Part shown: positions 34,701-37,987 of the stretch, piece by piece | How the letters are laid out: the number at the start of each line of letters is the position of its first letter | Position numbering within the stretch: the first letter of the stretch is position 1 | DNA from: Hypanus sabinus | Taxonomy: Eukaryota | Length of the DNA stretch: 37,987 bases | Assembly (NCBI RefSeq): GCF_030144855.1 | Contig: NC_082733.1 | Span: 45,162,014 to 45,200,000, forward strand | Reading direction: 5' to 3' | Translations under genes and position numbers: made by a program | Notes under the pieces: model-generated | Told to the model about the DNA's origin: nothing | Database searches by the model: none | What the model saw: only the letters and a program-made list of their open reading frames with translations

Positions 34701-35040
34701 AGCATACCGAAGATGTGTGCTCAAGTAAGCAGCCGCTATACCGCCGTGTGTTTTGCGTTAATGTGGGCGAATGGCTAAACTGATTGTCGTGTGCGTTGGA
34801 GAATGAACGGACCGGGGAGAGGGAGTGGATATCCCTGTAGATGGCGGGAGACTGGCCTGTCTCTGGATCAGTCTGCTCTTTGCCATTCTCGCCCGCAACC
34901 AAGACGAGGGAGCGACTCCTTCCCGCATCTGTTTTAATCGCACTGGTGCACGGAAACTCCTGCCGCCGAATTCGCGGCAGCCATAAGTTACTAACTAATT
35001 GGTGACTGGTTAAGGAAAGAATAAACTTCCTCCACTCCGC
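34701..35040. promoter_or_regulatory. Second CpG-rich unique segment with a CTCF/YY1-like site CCTGTAGATGGCGG (34834-34847)
   Basis: CpG-dense; matches CTCF core CCRSYAGRKGGCRS at 13/14 positions and contains the YY1 core AGATGGCG. Confidence 0.5.
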
Positions 35041-35042
35041 TC

Positions 35043-37987
35043 TATAAGTTAAAGGAGCAGAAGTAGGCCATTCGGCCCATCAAGTCTGCTCCACCATTCA
35101 ATCATGGGCTGATCCAATTCTTCCAGTCGTCCCCACTCCCCGGCCTTCACCCCATACCCTTTGATGCCCCGGCTAATCAAGAACCTATCTATCTCTGCCT
35201 TAATTACACCCAATGACTTGGCCTCCACAGCCGCTCCTGATAACGAATTCCACAGATTTACTACCTTCTGACAGAAGTAATTTCTCTGTATCTCAGTTCT
35301 AAATGGACGTCCTTCAATCCTGGAGACGTGCCCTCTTGTCCTAGGCTCCCCTACCATGGGAAATAACTTTGCCATATCCAATTTGTTCAGGCCTTTTAAC
35401 TTTCAGAATGTTTCTATGAGATTCCCCCCTCATTCTCATGAATTCCAGGGAATACAGCCCAAGAGCTGACAGATTTTCCTCATACAGTAACCCTTTCATT
35501 CCTGGAATCATTCTTGTGAATCTTTTCTGAACCCTCTCCAATATCAGTATATCCTTTCTAAAATAAGGAGCCCAACACTCCAAGTGTGGTCTCACAAGTG
35601 CCTTATAGAGCCTCAACATCACATCTCTGTTCTTATATTCTATACCTCTAAAAATGAATGCCAACATTGCATTTGCCATCTTCACCACTGACTCAACCTG
35701 GAGGTTAACCTTTAGGGTATTGTGCACAAGGTCTCCCAAGTCCCTTTGCATCTCTGCATTTTGAATTCTCTCTTCTGTTTATTTCTTCCTCCAAAGTGCA
35801 TGACCATGCACTTTACAACATTGTATTTCATTTACCACTTCTTTGCCCATTCCCTTAAACTATTTAAGTCTCTCTGCAGGGTCTCTGTTTCCTCAAAACT
35901 ACCTGCTACTCCACCTATCTTTGTATCATTGGCAAATTTAGCCACAAATGCATTAATCCCATAGTCTAAATCATTGACATATATCGTAAAAAACAGTGGT
36001 CCCAACACTGACCCCTGTTGAACTCCACTGGTAACCGGCAACCAGCCAGAATAGGATCCCTTTACTCGTGCTCTCTATTTTCTGTCGAACAGCCAATGCC
36101 CCACTCACGCTAGTAACTTCCCTGTAATTCCATGGGCTCTTATCTTACTAAGCAGCCTCATGTGGAGCACCTTATCAAAGGCCTTCTGAAAATCCAAGTA
36201 CACCACATCTACTGCATCTCCTTTGTCCACCTTGCTTGTAATTTCCTCAAAGAGTTACAATAGGTTAGTCAGGCAGGATTTTCCTTTCAGGGAACCATGC
36301 TGGCTTTGGCCTATCTTGTCATGTGCCTCCAGGTATTCCATAATCTCGTCCCAGCTATTGCTTCCAACAATTTCCCAACCACTGATGTCAGGCTAACAGG
36401 TCTATAGTTTCCTTCTGCTGCCTCCCACCCTTCTTAAATAGCGGAATAACATTTGCAATTTTCCAGTCATCTGGTACAATGCCAAAATCTATCAATTCCT
36501 GAAAGATTGTCATTAATGCCTCCACAATCTCTCCAGCTACTTCCTTCAGAACCCGAGGGTGCATTCCATCAGGTCCAGGAGATTTATCCACCCTCAGACC
36601 ATTAAGCTTCCTGAGCACCTTCTCGGACATCATTTTCACAGCACAAACTTCACTTCCCTGACACTCCTGAATGTCCGGTATACTGCAGACATTTTCCACT
36701 GTGAAGACTGATGCAAACTACACATTCAGTTTGTCTGCCAGCTATGCATCTCTCATTACAATATCTCCAGTGTCATTTTATATTGGTCCTATATCTGCCC
36801 TCAACTCTGTTTTACTCTTCATTTACTTAAAAAAAACTTAGTATCTTCTTTGATACTAATCACCAGCTTCCTTTCATAATTCATCTTTTCTTTCCTAATG
36901 ACTTTCTTAGTTTCCTTCTGCAAATTTTTAAAAGCTCCCCAATCCTCTATCTTCCCACTAGCTCTGGCTTCCTTGTATGCCTCTCTTTTGCTTTTACTTT
37001 GGCTCTGACTTTACTTGTCAGCCACGGTAGTGTCCTTCTTCCCTTTGAAAATTTCTTCTTATGTAGAATATATCTGTCTTGTACATCCCTCATTTTCGCA
37101 GAAACTCCAGCCGTAGCTGCTCTGCTGTTCTTCCTGCAAGTGTCCCTTTCCAGTCAACTTCAGCCCCTCTCATGCCATTGTAATTCCCTTTATTCCACTG
37201 AAATATTGAAACAATGGAATTTAGTTTCTCCTTCTCAAATTTCAAAGTGAACTCGATCATATTGTGATCACTGTTCCCTAAGGGTTCCTTAACCTTAAGC
37301 TTTCTTATCACCTCCAGATCATTGCACAATACCCAGTCCAGCACAGCTGATCCCCTACTGGGCTCAACAACAAGCTGTTCTAAAAAGCCATCCCTTAGAC
37401 ATTCTACAAATTCTCTCTCTTGAAGTCCAGTACTGGCCTGGTTTTCCCAATCCATCTTCTTGTTAAAATCCCCAACAATTATCATGACATTGTCTTTCTG
37501 ACACGCCCTTTCTTTCTTCTGATGTAATTTGTGATCCACATCCTGGCTGATACAACTTCCATTAGGGTCTTTTTACCCTTGTCATTTCTTAACTCAACCC
37601 ATAGAGACTACACCTTCTGATTTCTTTCTAATGATTTAATATTATTTCTTAAACTCAGAGCCACACCACCCCCTCTGCCTACTAACCTATCTTTCCAATA
37701 CACCGTATATCCCTGGATGTTCAGCTCCCAATGGCAGCTGTCGTTTAGTCAAGTTTCAGAGATGGCCATGTCATACTTGCCAATCTGTAGCTGAGTTTGA
37801 AGATGGTTCATTTTATTCCTTATGCTGCGAGCATTCAATTACAACACTTTCAGACAAGTATTTGTTGCTTTCTGTTTTAACTGCACCATGCCTCTATTGC
37901 CCTGTAACTCAAGCCACTGGCTTTGATTGAGCCTCATCTCTTGCCTGTTCTTTCTATAATCTCTGTTGCACACTGTCTTTGATTTAT
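35043..37987 (-). mobile_element. Long CR1 LINE: near-complete but disrupted ORF2 (endonuclease, RT, C-terminus, 3'UTR), running off the window
   Basis: IVGDFN, LDWVLCN and SDHN (endonuclease); KSPGPDGMHPRVLKE, QGSVLGP, KFANDTK and LVRPHLE (RT and beyond) in successive frameshifted ORFs. Confidence 0.93.

Noticed and set aside
34841-35005. Short ATG ORF (MAGDWPVSG...) as a possible start of the downstream gene
   Set aside because: No resemblance to SQOR or any protein I recognise; weak Kozak context; the ATG is part of the CTCF/YY1-like motif.
22437-37987. Potentially active RT-encoding LINEs
   Set aside because: All CR1 ORF2 copies have multiple stops, frameshifts or deletions.

Overview
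Vertebrate genomic DNA, most likely from a cartilaginous fish (ray/skate-like repeat content; inferred, not verified), with a 200-N assembly gap at 61-260. The only recognisable host gene is BLOC1S6 (pallidin, BLOC-1 subunit 6) on the + strand: five GT-AG coding exons (508-562, 5420-5564, 7219-7306, 12399-12485, 16392-16511) splice in frame to a 164-aa protein. The rest is mostly decayed retroelements: CR1 LINEs including an ORF1 esterase remnant, Rex1/Babar-type LINE ends, a V-SINE, an RTE-like 5' fragment, a clean 767-bp solo LTR with an ATAT target-site duplication, and a TIR-bounded composite element. There are also five GC-skewed minisatellites, which account for all the long ORFs in the track, and a second CpG-rich promoter-like region (about 31.4-35.0 kb) split by a 3-kb VNTR. 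The most notable non-obvious signal is a short interspersed repeat family carrying a minimal hammerhead ribozyme motif typical of Penelope-like elements. It has six full-length degenerate copies and one partial copy, two pairs are inverted, and the best copy lies in sense orientation just upstream of BLOC1S6 exon 4.
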